Assembly: GCA_951406725.2 (NCBI GenBank)
Contig: OX597839.1
Coordinates: 28,520,001 to 28,584,000, forward strand
Direction of reading: 5' to 3'
From: Octopus vulgaris
Taxonomy: Eukaryota
Length of the DNA stretch: 64,000 nt
A program made the translations under genes and the position numbers. A model generated the notes under the pieces. That model had not been told where the DNA came from. It made no database searches and saw nothing but the letters and a program-made list of their open reading frames with translations. Every line of letters starts with the position of its first letter. Within the stretch, counting starts at the first letter, position 1. Shown here one piece after another: positions 12,450 to 27,212 of the stretch.

Positions 12450-12810
12450 TCAAAGAGAGAAGGTCACCTGGTTTGAATGCTTGACATGTGACCCCCACCC
12501 CCAAGAGACTGTTTTACAGTGGATTGGTAGAGGGCAAAGTGCACACAAGGATACACTCAAAGCCTCATAGAAAAGCTTTCAGCTGAACCCCGACATCTGG
12601 GAAACACAAGGACAAGACTGCACTGTCTGGCTACACCAACAAAGGTGCCACCTCCTATGAACAGAACAGAATTGCAGAGGGACAAAGAATACGTGAACAG
12701 AGCTAACTCCTTGCCCTCAATCCCAAAAGACCACCACTGCCTTCAAAGCACACACTGGACTGATCAGCCACAGCTGAATACACTGTGACCCATCTTCTTC
12801 TCCCAAGTGC
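12450..12810 (+). mobile_element. Decayed RTE-clade LINE 3' fragment
   Basis: PKRLFYSGLVEGK...KDTLKAS...NPDIWE...GLISHS.IH remnants. Confidence 0.65.
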
Positions 12811-13178
12811 CTGTGTATATATATATATATATATATATCATCATCATCATCGTTTAGCGTCCGCTTTCCATGCTAGCATGGGTTGGATGGTTCGACCGGG
12901 GTCTGGGAACCAGGAGGCTGCACCAGGCTCCAGTCTGATCTGGCAGTGTTTCTACAGCTGGATGGCCTTCCTAACGCCAACCACTCCGTGAGTGTAGTGG
13001 GTGCTTTTTACTTGCCACCGGCACAGGTGCCAGGAGAGGCTGGCAATGGCCACGATCGGTTGGTGGTTTTTACATGCCACCAGCACAGAAGCCAGTCAAG
13101 GCGGCGCTGGCATCGGCCACATACAAATGGTGCTTTTTATGTGCCACCAGCACAGGTGCCAGGGTAGGCTGGCAACGA

Positions 13179-13237
<59 letters not shown>

Positions 13238-13324
13238 TAATATCAGGGTAATAAAGATTTTAGAAATTTCTACTACCAGTGGCCTAGCGTATAGAAAAAT
13301 TAGTCAAGAGACTATATATTATTC

Positions 13325-13449
13325 ATATAAAATACAGTGTACATTTAAACACATTAAAAGGTGTTTGGACTTTAGCTGTTCCTTCTAGTGTAAGGTAGTC
13401 CTATGATGGACACCTCTTAATGTGTTTAAATGTACAGTGTTTTTTATAT
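13325..13449. repeat. Inverted repeat with ~40-bp arms inside a (TA)n-flanked element
   Basis: TGTACATTTAAACACATTAAAAGGTGT / ACACCTCTTAATGTGTTTAAATGTACA. Confidence 0.9.
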
Positions 13450-15295
13450 ATATATATTCATATATGAAAGGGTAAAGAACCCCTTTGGTCATGAAAAACC
13501 ATGGGATTGCAACTAGAAAGTTACCCTACAAAGTACAAGTCCAGGCAAGGTTGTTTATGGAAGACCAGCAGTCACCCATGCATACCAGCTTTCCCTCTCC
13601 ATGCCACCGATGTTATCCAAGGGAAAGGCAAAGGCTGATACAGTTTGGCGCCAGTGATGTCGCTACTCATTTCTAAAGCTGAATAAGCTGGAGCAAAGTG
13701 AAATAAAGTGTCTTGCTCAAGAACACAACACTCAGCCTGGTCCGGGAATTGAACTCACTACCCCATGATTGTGAGCCAGACGCTCTAACGACTGAGCCAT
13801 GTGCCTTCACCTTAAAAGTTGACAGCTACAGGACTCAAACCTGTACCCCTCAGATAGTGGCTGAGTACTCCACCGTGTGCGCGTGTGAGTGTGCCTCTAT
13901 TTGTGTGTCCTTGTCTTGACTTTACATGATTGTTGTAAATGAATGTTATTCATTTCCAACATCCAACAAAAAATATGCCAGACCATGGGGGTAGGGTGGG
14001 GGGATGTTACTTTGTTTGGAGACAGATCAAGGTTGGTGACAGGAAGGGCATCCGGCTGTACCAAAATCTGCCTCAATAAACTATCCAGCCGATGCAAGCA
14101 TGGAAAAGTTATAACAATGATGACAGGGAGGTGTGTGTGTGTGTATTTACTTGTGCGTGTGTGTGTGCATGTGTACAACTGTGTGTATATGCTTGTGTGC
14201 ATGTGTGTTTGCTTGTGTATATGTGTGCATGTATGCTTGAGTGCGTGTATGCTTGTGTGCGTGTGTGAGGTTGTGTGTGCACGTGCATGCATGCATGTGC
14301 GTGTGTGTGTGTCTGTATGTGTCTGTGTGTGTATGTGTGGTGCAGTGTGATTTAATCGTTAAGAAATCTGTGTCACAACCAGAAGGTCCCAGGTTCAATC
14401 CCACAGTCTGGCATCTTGGGCAGGTGTCATTTCCCAAAGCCCCAGGTCAACCCAAACCCTGTCAGAGAATCTATGCTTATAGAAACAACATAGAAGTCAA
14501 CTAAATGGAGTGTACCTGAAATTCTAAAAGTATACAGCTTTGCCACACATTGAATACACAGATTCTGTCTTAGAACAACATTAAGCATACACATGGCTGG
14601 GAAAAACTCAGTTGCCTACAAACTAATTTAATAAGTAATTTCTTCAGTTGTACATTCCATTTCCTCAACACAGTTTCTATGACTAAATGGACTTCCTACC
14701 ACCAACCACTTTACAGCATATCCTCAGTGCATTTTACCATAACCTCCGACGCAAGAGAGCTTATCTGCGGAAGGACTACACAGTCCTCTTTACCCGTTAT
14801 CAGTTCTTACTCAGAGTTTGTGCCCTTTTAGACAGGCTGCCTATATAATTGTGGCTTGATGGGTCAACAAGGTCAGTGGTGTGACAAAAAGCAGCCAAAA
14901 ATCAGGTTTCTTTCTGGTAAAGATAGACTTTGTGTTACAAGGCAAAAGGCTAATTGTTGTGACTATTGGGCTAAAGGGTCTACTGTAACTGATTGCATCA
15001 CTTCCCCTACATTACTGGGGGTTCGTTTTATTGAGCACTTACCGAAAGGAACGAAGGACAAAATTGACCACGGAATCAACTGACCTAAGGACAAGGAAGA
15101 ACAAAGCAACAGAACATCTGATCGGTCACACTACAAACTACATTTAATGTATACCACACTAATAATAACAATAATAATCATAATGATGATGATGATGACC
15201 TATTTGCCACCAGGGCAATGGATGATGGGGACAATACAAAGACAGATATAAAGTGCAGAGATTTACAAAGAATCAAATGATTTTTTGAAATATTA

Positions 15296-15457
15296 GGTGC
15301 AGGAGTGGCTGTGTGGTAAGAAGCTTGCTTCCCAACCACATGGTTCCGGGTTCAGTCCTAATGCATGGCACTTTGGGCAAGTGTCTTCTGCTATAGCCTC
15401 AGGCTGACCAAAGTCTTGTGAGTAGATTTGGTAGACGGAAACTGAAAGAAGCCCGTC

Positions 15458-15501
<44 letters not shown>

Positions 15502-15717
15502 GTGTGTATGTGTGTCTGTGTTTGTCCCTCCACCATCGCTTGACAACTAATGTTGGTGTGTTTACATCCCTGTAACTTAGTGGTTCGGCAAAAGAGACCG
15601 ATAAAATAAGTACTAGGCTTACAAAAAATAAGTCCTGGGATCGATTTGTTCGACTAAAACACTTCAAAGCAGTGCTCCAGCATGGCCGCAGTCAAATGAC
15701 TGAAAGAAATAAAAGAA
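15296..15717 (+). mobile_element. tRNA-derived SINE family A (internal microsatellite), representative copy
   Basis: Head GGTGCAGGAGTGGCTGTGTGGTAAG...GGTTCAGTCC, tail CAGCATGGCCGCAGTCAAATGACTGAAA; other copies at ~4283-4589(-), 9730-10154(-), 16905-17321, 21557-22075(-), 30805-30967, 35750-36141(-), 37250-37710, 39962-40289(-), 55148-55540, 58740-59065, 61000-61420, 61982-62335. Confidence 0.9.
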
Positions 15718-16146
15718 TATATATATGTGGTATACAGTATAAATAAGAGGATGATGTGATCCTCCTGATACAGGAAGACTTCTAGGGCACTGAAGGAACC
15801 CCACAAATCCTGAGCCACCCAGCTACACTATGGCAAGTGTTTCTCTCTCCTGAACAAACAATTAATTAAGCAATTGTTTAGTTAATTGGTTAAATGACTA
15901 ACCAATTGGCTATAAAACATAGAAGTGAAATCAAACCAGCACGTGTTTATTATTGGCATGATGACCCACCCAAGATATGATAAAATAAAATAATAAATGA
16001 CATGAAAACTTATATGAATAAAAAATCTCATGTGAATATAAATCTCTAAAAACGTTTATAAAAACAACAAAAATCATAACCAAATAACAACTAAAAATAA
16101 CAACACCGAACAAACGTAAACAACATAAAGAAACAAACAAACAAAC

Positions 16147-16251
16147 CTTTCCGTCTCTGTTCTTGTTCTCGTTGTTGTTTCTCTCTCATTTCTTCGAGTT
16201 CCTTGACTCGCCGTTCCTGAGCATCTCGTTCCAGATCTTTCTGTTGTAGTT
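16147..16251 (-). CDS. RABEP1: Rabaptin-5 exon (ELQQKDLERDAQERRVKELEEMREKQQREQEQRRK), phase 1-1, 105 nt
   Basis: CTTTTAG|AA acceptor, G|GTTTGT donor; charged coiled coil, phase-consistent. Confidence 0.88.
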
Positions 16252-17502
16252 CTAAAAGACAAACACACATAGCATTACTCACAGAGGTAATGCAGTGGAC
16301 CAGTGATGGCTGGCAAAAGAACATGGCTTGCTGCTTAGGGTATCCAGCTCACGATCGTAAGGTCGTGAGTTCGATTCCTGGCAGCATCTGGTATCCTTGA
16401 GCAAGTACATTTGATTCACGTTGCTCCAGTCCACTCAACTGGCAAAAATGAATTGTAGGTACCCGTATTTCAAAGGGCCAACCTTGTTACACTCTGTGCC
16501 ACACTGAGTCTCCCTGAGAACTACATTAAGGGTACACATGTCAGCCACTTGCACGTTAATTTTATGAACAGGCTGATCTGGATTAATTAGAACCCTCGTC
16601 GTCATAACTGATGGAATGCCAGTGTATGTTTGTGTGTGGTAAAAGCTCATGGTTTAGTGGTTAGAGCATTCAGCTCACAAACGTAAACTAGTGAGTTCAA
16701 TTTCCAGCGGTGCGTTGTGTTCTTGAGCAAGACACTTTATTTCGCATTGCTTCAGTCCACTTGGCTGACAAAAATGAGCAGTACCTGTAATTCAAAGGGG
16801 GTCGGCCTTGTCACATTCTGTGTCGCCCTGAATTTTCCTCAAAACTACATTAAGGCTACATGTGTCTGTGGAGTGCTCAACCACTTGCATGTTAATTTCA
16901 CATAGGTGCAGGAGTGGCTGTGTGGTGAGTAGCTTGCTTACCAACTACATGGTTCCGGGTTCAGTCCCACTGTGTGGCACCTTGGGCAAGTGTCTTCTAC
17001 TATAGCTTCGGGCCAACCAAAGCCTTGTGAGTGGATTTGTGGTAGACGGAAACTGAAAGAAGCCCATCGTATATATGTGTGTGTATATATATATATATAC
17101 ATATGTATGTATGTGTATATGTTTGTGTGTCTGTGTTTGTCCCCCCAACATCACTTGACAACCGATGCTTGTGTGTTTACGTTCCGGTACTTAGCGGTTC
17201 GGCAAAAGAGATCCATAGAATAAGCACTAGGCTTACAAAGTATAAGTCCTGGGATTGATTACTTCGACTAAAGGTGGTGCTCCAGCATGGCCCCAGTCAA
17301 ATGACTGAAACAAGTAAAAGAGGTTGTTCCCTTAATCGGATTAACTGGAACCCTCATTGTCGTAACCAACAGAAAGCCCGTATTTAAGATAAGCAGATAG
17401 ATAGAGATTAACAATAAGCCAAGCCAGATGACGTTTGTGAAAATACTCATTCCTCGACCGGCTCATGTTCCAACAAAGATTAGTAGTCCAAGTTAGACTT
17501 AC

Positions 17503-17661
17503 CCACAATCTGCCGCTGTTGTTCTGTTGTTAATACACTCTCCATCCGGCGCATGTCCATCATCATCAGTCTTTGAGACTCAAGGAACTGGTCGTTAGCC
17601 ATCTGCCAGGTACGCTTCAAATCGTTATGAACGCGTTTCTCGTCTTCAAACATTCGACAAA
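17503..17661 (-). CDS. RABEP1: Rabaptin-5 exon (VCRMFEDEKRVHNDLKRTWQMANDQFLESQRLMMMDMRRMESVLTTEQQRQIV), phase 1-1, 159 nt
   Basis: AATAG|TT acceptor, G|GTAAGT donor; LKxTWQxANDQFLESQRL rabaptin motif. Confidence 0.95.
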
Positions 17662-17798
17662 CTATTAAACAAACAAAACAAAATATAAAACAAGGAAGCA
17701 AAAAATGTTTTTTCACTCTCAAAATTTTTGTATTTCACCCTTTTGATACCAACCCACCTGAAACCACCTCTGGCTCTGTAGTATAAATGTCTTGTTTC

Positions 17799-17831
<33 letters not shown>

Positions 17832-17834
<3 letters not shown>

Positions 17835-18061
17835 CGGCGAGCTGGCAGAAACGTTAGCACGCCGGGCGAAATGCGTGGCCGTTTTTCGTCTGCTGTTACG
17901 TTCTGAGTTCAAATTCCGCCGAGGTCGACTTTGCCTTTCATCCTTTCGGGGTCGATAAATTAAGTACAAGTTGCGCACTGGGGTCAATGTAATCGACTTA
18001 ATCCGTTTGTCTGTCCTTGTTTGTCCCCTCTGTGTTTAGCCCCTTGTGGGTAGTAAAGAAA
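17832..18061 (+). mobile_element. SINE family B, representative copy
   Basis: GCGGCGAGCTGGCAGAAACGTTAG head, GAGTTCAAATTCC B-box, core GACTTTGCCTTTCATCCTTTCGGGGTCGATAAATTAAGTAC (resembles the Meta/Sauria-type central domain); copies at ~26124-26354(-), 31496-31727, 33838-34070, 36645-36860(-), 45195-45411, 58413-58645(-). Confidence 0.9.
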
Positions 18062-18450
18062 TATATATATATATATGCACATGTGTGTATATGTTTGGGG
18101 TCTGTGTTTGTCCCCCCAACATCGCTTGACAACCGATGCTGGTGTGTTTAGATCCCCGTAACTTAGTGGTTTGGCAAAAGAGACCAATAGAATAAGTACT
18201 AGGCTTACAAAGAATAAGTCCCGGGGTCAATTTGCTCGTCTAAAGTTGGTGCTCCAGCATGGCCACAGTCAAATGACTGAAACAAGTAAAAGTATTCTTT
18301 TTAGAGAAATGTGGTTGCTATTTTCTAACGTGTTGATCGATCCTCATAAAGGCCACCTCATTGGTTCATGAATATCATACATGTGTGTGTGTGTGTGTGT
18401 CTGTCCATGTCCGTGTGGCAATGTGAGGAATTCGCTTCCTGTATACTTAC

Positions 18451-18586
18451 CTTCGTGCAGTTCAGTACGCAATGTGTCGTTTTCAGTCTGTAGAACGGAC
18501 TTCTGTGTGTTAAGAACGGCAACAAACATTTCTAGATCTGTCCGTGAAGATTTCTCTGCTTTCAGATATTTCATCAGTTGCTGAAT
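18451..18586 (-). CDS. RABEP1: Rabaptin-5 exon (IQQLMKYLKAEKSSRTDLEMFVAVLNTQKSVLQTENDTLRTELHE), phase 0-1, 136 nt
   Basis: TTTGCAG|ATT acceptor, G|GTAAGT donor; conserved EKSxRTDLEMxVAVLNTQKSVLQ rabaptin motif. Confidence 0.95.
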
Positions 18587-18732
18587 CTGCAAAAAAAGAT
18601 TTAAATGAATAAAAAACAAAAAAAAAAAATCTAAACAAAAATAAACCTTGTTATCCTTTTTATAAGTAGGGTGTCCTCTTCAAAAAATTTAAATAAAAAA
18701 CCCTTGGAACCCTAAAACTCTAGCTACTACTA

Positions 18733-18968
18733 TTGGGTTGGTGCATAATTATTGAGGCTTTTCTTCAACAAAAACAATAACAATATGTAACAAAAACATC
18801 TTTAAATGATTATTCTGGAGCATATTCACCATCTACCTCAATTACTGCTTCCCATTTGCTTAGCAGACGGTCAGAGCATCATTTAAAGATGTTTTTGTTA
18901 AATATTGTTATTGTTTTTGTTGAATGAAATTTGTTAATAAAAGCCACAACAATTATGCACCAACCCAA
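18733..18968. mobile_element. Palindromic mariner-derived MITE, 236 bp
   Basis: TIR TTGGGTTGGTGCATAATT with TA flanks; ~80-bp inverted arms; centre on the minus strand encodes DRLLSKWEAVIEVDGEYAPE* (transposase C-terminus). Confidence 0.85.
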
Positions 18969-19003
<35 letters not shown>

Positions 19004-20384
19004 ACTCTATCATGCTTGTCTCCGTTTTAGTTCATGTTCCATGAAACTAGAATTCACCACATAAAGCAAACTCTATCGAGTTCTAAGTGGTGAGTCGACA
19101 GAACCATAAGAACATCAGACAAAACTGCTGGCCTTGTACCTAAATTAGAAACCCTATCACTTCCGACGCTTTACGTTCTGTATTCCTAATCCCTCAAAGG
19201 CTAACTTTGCCTTTCGACCTTTTGGAGTCGGTAAAATAAGTACCAGTTGAGTACTGGGGTTGATGTAATTGACCTGGTCCCCTCTTCCAAAATTTCAGGC
19301 CTTGTGCCTATAAATAAAAAGGATTATTATTATTATTATTATTAGCACGCCGAGCGATATGCTTAGCAGTATGTTAGCTGTCGTTGCACTCCAAGTTCAA
19401 GTTCAGCCCTGGTCAACTTTGCCTTTCATCCTTTCAGGGTCAATGAAAAGAGTGCCAGTCGATGTAATTAACTCTCTCTCCCTTCCCCAAAATGTCAGGC
19501 TTTGTGCCTATAACAGAAAGGATTATTATTTTTTTTTATTATTATTATTATTATTATTCATTGTTTAACGTCCGTTCTCCATGCTAGCATGGGTTGGACG
19601 GTTCAACTGGATTATTATTTTTACAGCTGGATGCCCTTCCTAACGCCAACCACTCCGTGATTATTGCTTTTATTATTATTTGGTGTATTTTATGTGCCAC
19701 CAGCACAGAAGCCAGTCGAGGCGGCACTGGCATCGGCCACGAGTCGGATAGTGCTTTTACGTACCACCAGACCAGGGATCCTGGCTGGTTCAATTCGATT
19801 TCGATTTCGCTTGCCCCAACATGTCTTCGCAAGCAAAGGGGTTGGCATGGGTATTATTATTATTGTGGCGAGCTGGCAGAATCATTAGCACGCCGGGTGA
19901 AATGCTTAGTGGTATTTTGTCTGTCCTTACGTTCTGAGTTCAAATTCCACCAAGGTCAACTTTGCCTTTCATCCTTTCAGGGTCAATAAATTAAATACCA
20001 GTCACATATTAGGGTTGATCTAATCAACTGGTCCCCTACTCCAAAATTTCAGGCCTTGTGTCTATAGTAGAAAGGACTGTTATCATTGTTATTAGCATGG
20101 TAGGCAATATGCTTAGTGGCGTTGTTGCGCTCTGAGTTCAAGTCTCTTCTAGATAGGCAAGGGAAACACGCAAATGCACAATGTGCACCAGTCTAAACTA
20201 TGATGGTAACTGCAAAAATATATAATCAGGAAAAACAGAAGACCACAGACTTGATATGAAAATGGGAGGCACTCGAGACCAAAACAGGAGGTGACCGATG
20301 AGAAATTGGGAGGTGCTCGAGATGAAAGCAGAAGCCCCCCCACTCCCACCGAGGTGAAAGGAGGAGGCGCCTGAAGTGAAAGTG

Positions 20385-20620
20385 GGTGGTGCCTGAGGAG
20401 AAAGTGGGAGGCGCCCGAGGAGAAAGCGGGAGGCACCCGAGGAGAAAGCGGGAGGCGCCTGAGGAGAAAGCGGGAGGCGCCCGAGGAGAAAGCGGGAGGC
20501 GCCCGAGGAGAAAGCGGGAGGCGCCCGAGGAGAAAGCGGGAGGCACCTGAGGAGAAAGCGGGAGGTGCCCGAGGAGAAAGCGGGAGGTGCCCGAGGAGAA
20601 AGCAGCTGGCGCCCGAGGAG
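20385..20620. repeat. GC-rich 22-bp minisatellite (GCGCCCGAGGAGAAAGCGGGAG)n; degenerate copies span ~20240-20720
   Basis: Tandem units visible; the three overlapping minus-strand ORFs show 22-aa periodicity. Confidence 0.95.
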
Positions 20621-20754
20621 AGAGCAGGAGTTGCCAGAGTTGAAAGTGGGTGGCGCCTGAGGCAAATGTAGGAGGTGCCCAAGGCGAAAGTGGGAGGCGC
20701 TCGAGGCGAAAACTGAAGGCACTCAAGCTGCAAACAGAAACAAGAGACACTCAC

Positions 20755-20856
20755 CTTCTCATCAGGATCAATATTTTCATCAAATTCAGGCAAAGAAGGA
20801 GATTTTTTCGTATCGTACACTTTAGCCATGGCTTCATCCACGGAGATATCTGACAA
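20755..20856 (-). CDS. RABEP1: Rabaptin-5 exon (LSDISVDEAMAKVYDTKKSPSLPEFDENIDPDEK), phase 0-0, 102 nt
   Basis: TTCTTAG|TTG acceptor, AAG|GTGAGT donor; phases match both neighbours. Confidence 0.85.
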
Positions 20857-22077
20857 CTAAGAAAAAGCAGAAAAATATTAAATGACATCATTTAAAGAAC
20901 AGAGAAGGTCAAGAAACTAATAAAGTCAATATTAATTAGTGTCTTGTAGTCACTACTAATATTATTATTATTATTACTATTATCAAATATTCACCCAAAT
21001 TTCACAAACAAGGTATCAAAATGTTTCTTTTTGGATGCTCTCTAAAGAAAAGTACAGCAGAAATTACATTTAAATATTTTCAAAAATTCATGGTGATACC
21101 TAAAGCACGGCAGGAATTTTCCTTTCATTACAAGTACTTGTGGAAATCCACTGATATCCACAGAATTCATACAAAAAAAATGATAATACAAGAAGTTGGA
21201 ATAAACAAGCTTTAATCCTAATCACTATAATTGTTTCTGTGCATCAGTATCAACTGGTAATTGCTGGGTATTTTACGCATTATATACATTATTGCATTAA
21301 TAGAATCCAACAACAGCTATGTCTCTGCACATCATCAGGTGAGTGGGCACAAGAGCACTGCTGGATTACCAAATGTTTCCCACTGTTTTGTACCTATTTT
21401 CTATTTCTAGAATTCTATTGACAAAGAATAACATAGAAATATATATTGTGCCAGCCTTGCCTGGCCTCCGTGCCGGTGGCATGTAAAAAACACCATCCAA
21501 GCGTGGCTGTTTGCCAGCCTCGTCTGGCACCTGTGTCGGTGGCACATAAAAATCACCCCAGGACTTATTCTTTGTAAGCCTAGTACTTATTCTGTCAGTC
21601 ACTTTTGCCGAACCACTAAGTTACAGGCACATAAACATACCAACATCGGTTGTCAAGTGATGAAGGGGGACAAGCATAGACACACACACACACACACAAA
21701 TATATACATATATACGACAGGCTTCTTTTATTTGTTTCAGTCATTTGACTGTGGCAATGCTGAGCACTGCCTTTAGTTGAACAGATCGACCCCAGGACTT
21801 ATTCTTTGTAAGCCTAGTACTTATTCTGTCAGTCACTTTTGCCGAACCACTAAGTTACAGGCACATAAACATACCAACATCGGTTGTCAAGTGATGAAGG
21901 GGGACAAGCATAGACACACACACACACACACAAATATATACATATATACGACAGGCTTCTTTCAGTTTCCCTCTACCAAATCCACAAACCTTTGGTTAGC
22001 CCGAGGCTATAGCAGAAAACACTTGCCGAAGGTGCCACACAGTGGGACTGAACCCAGAACCATATGGTTGGGAACCA

Positions 22078-22123
<46 letters not shown>

Positions 22124-22590
22124 TAATAGAGAGAGGGAGGCAATTATATACATAGAGAGAGACAGAGAGCCCCCAGAAACTGCTTGGACTTATAACACCT
22201 TTCTTCCACCCTTTTAATTTTCTGTCATTTGTACCCTTTGTAAGTTGGACCTATTAATATAAATATCTATGAATATATTTATACTAAACTATTCATCCTC
22301 TGAAAGTTTCCACTTTTCTGCTTTCTCTCATTTTGCATCTATACATATTTTGTATCTCATACCCAAACTATCATATATATATACACACATATATACTTAA
22401 TATATTTGATGTATCTAATTTGTTTATTCACATAATTGCCTCTATAACCGGTCGACTTGGTCCCTCTTATAGCCTTTCTTTACTTCATGGAATTGGTCCC
22501 TGATAAAGACATCGGAGTCGAAGTCCGAATCTTTCAAGCACTACTAAGCGTCTTCTATACTGAGTATCTCTGGATCTCATCTGACCTGTG

Positions 22591-24680
<2,090 letters not shown>

Positions 24681-25366
24681 GCAGAAGTGGGCAGCGTTAA
24701 TTGTAAAGTTAACTTCGTCAATCCATTAATTCTTTGAAAATGTAATGGAAGTTAGCACTAATCCATTAACATGAACTTTCATTGAAAAGAAGCATAAGTA
24801 CAGTTTAATACCCCACTGTTTAATACAGTTTAATACCCCACTGACTTTGTTACCTCATAACTTCCAGAAAAATGAATACTTTTTAATGAAAAGGGTTGGC
24901 CACCAGAGGTCCTTCCTGGTCGTCAACCCTTATCGTGTATCTAAAGATTTGTTGGAATGAAATGTTTAAACAAAGAGGCCAATTTTCATTTTTTCTATTT
25001 CTTTATCGCTTAGACAGTGGACAGGAGCAATGTGAAATGAAGTGTCTTGTTCAAGATCCTAGCACACCAACAGACTGAATTGAATACCAGGATTTTACGA
25101 TCTATGAACTGCCAAACATTTTAATTACTAGCAGACACCCCTTCACATGAGAGAGAGAGAACTTGGACAGACAGACAGACAAAGTGACCCTTCTATGACC
25201 CTCTCCCAAGTCCAGCTACAGAAATCAATTAGTAAAAATTTGAGCTTCTCAGTTTCCATCTATCCCACTTGCAAAGCATTGGTGGCTAAGGATATAGAAG
25301 ACACAGCCATGGTACCATACACCAGGATTGAACCTGGGACGACAAGCTTACAAGGCAAATGTTATA

Positions 25367-25428
<62 letters not shown>

Positions 25429-25640
25429 GGTCATGTTAGGGCTTATAGTAGAAGCTACTTACCCATGGTACAACACAGCAGGACTGAAGCAAGAATCGCA
25501 CTTTTGCAAAGCAGTCATCCATCATCAAATACCCACACACGGTCTTTTCCTTATCGAACACACTTCCACATCACACATTCATGCATACAGACCACTAAAA
25601 ATCAGAGCATATTAACTACTACTGCTGCTACTGCTGCTGC

Positions 25641-25716
<76 letters not shown>

Positions 25717-26399
25717 TATAGTAATAAGTGGATGAGAGAAACATGACGAACTGGAAACTGGGCACAGATCTACTAAAGATAACAATCCACAGCTGCTGTT
25801 TGTTGCTGCTGCTGTGGTAGTAGTGGGCGCTACCAACCAGTAAGCTGCTTGTTCAATTCCATGATGTTGCCACTTCCGAGAGGGGAGTTATCATGAATTT
25901 ATACACCTCAGTGAAGTACCTACTTGGAGCTAAGTGGACCAAGCCCTTAAGAGTTAAGTGTCTTGGTCATGGACATGATGCAATGCTCATGACAAGATAC
26001 GAGCCCCTTCTAAACCCTGCTCCCTGTGGCCGGTTCTCTGGTGCCCTATTAACTCAGTGATTTGTGGTCCCCCCCATTCTGACAACAACTAAACTTTATG
26101 ACATCGTTGGGCAAAACATATATATTTCTTTATTGCCCACAAGGGGCTAAACATAGAGGGGACAAACAAGGACAGACAAAGGGATTAAGTCGATTACATC
26201 GACCCCAGTGCGTGACTGGTACTTAATTTATTTACCCCGAAAGGATGAAAGGCAAAGTCGACCTCGGTGGAATTTGAACTCACAACGTAACGGCAGACGA
26301 AATATGGCTAAGCATTTCACCCAGCATGCTAACGATTCTGCCAGCTTGCCACCTTAATAATATATATACATACACACTTATACACATACATACACTCAT

Positions 26400-26884
26400 A
26401 CGTACATATATATATACATACACACACATATATATGTATATATATGCAGAAGTGGGCAGCGTTAATTGTAAAGTTAACTTCGTCAATCCATTAATTCTTT
26501 GAAAATGTAATGGAAGTTAGCACTAATCCATTAACATGAACTTTCATTGAAAAGAAGCATAAGTACAGTTTAATACCCCACTGTTTAATACAGTTTAATA
26601 CCCCACTGACTTTGTTACCTCATAACTTCCAGAAAAATGAATACTTTTTAATGAAACTTTCACCAAATAATCGCTTAGATCCTGTAGATTGAGAGTATCT
26701 AAAGATTTGTTGGAATGAAATGTTTATCTTGCAGGGTGTTATCCATTTACAACCGAGTGGACAGGAGCAATGTGAAATGAAGTGTCTTGTTCAAGATCCT
26801 AGCACACCAACAGACTGAATTGAATACCAGGATTTTACGATCATGAATGTAACATTTTAATTACTAGGCCACACCCCTTCACAT

Positions 26885-26916
<32 letters not shown>

Positions 26917-26990
26917 GACTGTAACCTGCCCTTCTATGACCCTCTCTCCCTAAGTCCAGCTACAGAAATTTCAATTAGTAAAAATTTGAA
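26400..26990 (+). repeat. Local duplication of ~24635-25242 (offset 1765)
   Basis: 24681-24891 is identical to 26446-26656; patchy identity thereafter. Confidence 0.9.
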
Positions 26991-27069
26991 GAACACATCA
27001 GGACCTCCTCAACTTGCCTAAACCCAGGATTGAAACAAGAGTGCAACACTAACCACTACATTACACGCC

Positions 27070-27113
<44 letters not shown>

Positions 27114-27212
27114 ACCAATCTGCCCATCTATCTATGACCCTCTCTCCCTAAGTCCAGCTACAGAAATTTCAATTAGAAAGAATTCAAAGAACTCATCAGG
27201 ACCCCCTCCACT

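Noticed and set aside
20198-20750. Two extra 174-aa minus-strand ORFs
   Set aside because: Alternative frames of the 22-bp minisatellite
27150-27202. Minus-strand GTCCTGATGAG...GAAA downstream of the tRNA-Phe pseudogene as a hammerhead
   Set aside because: Helices II and III do not pair and the duplicate copy reads CTGATGTG
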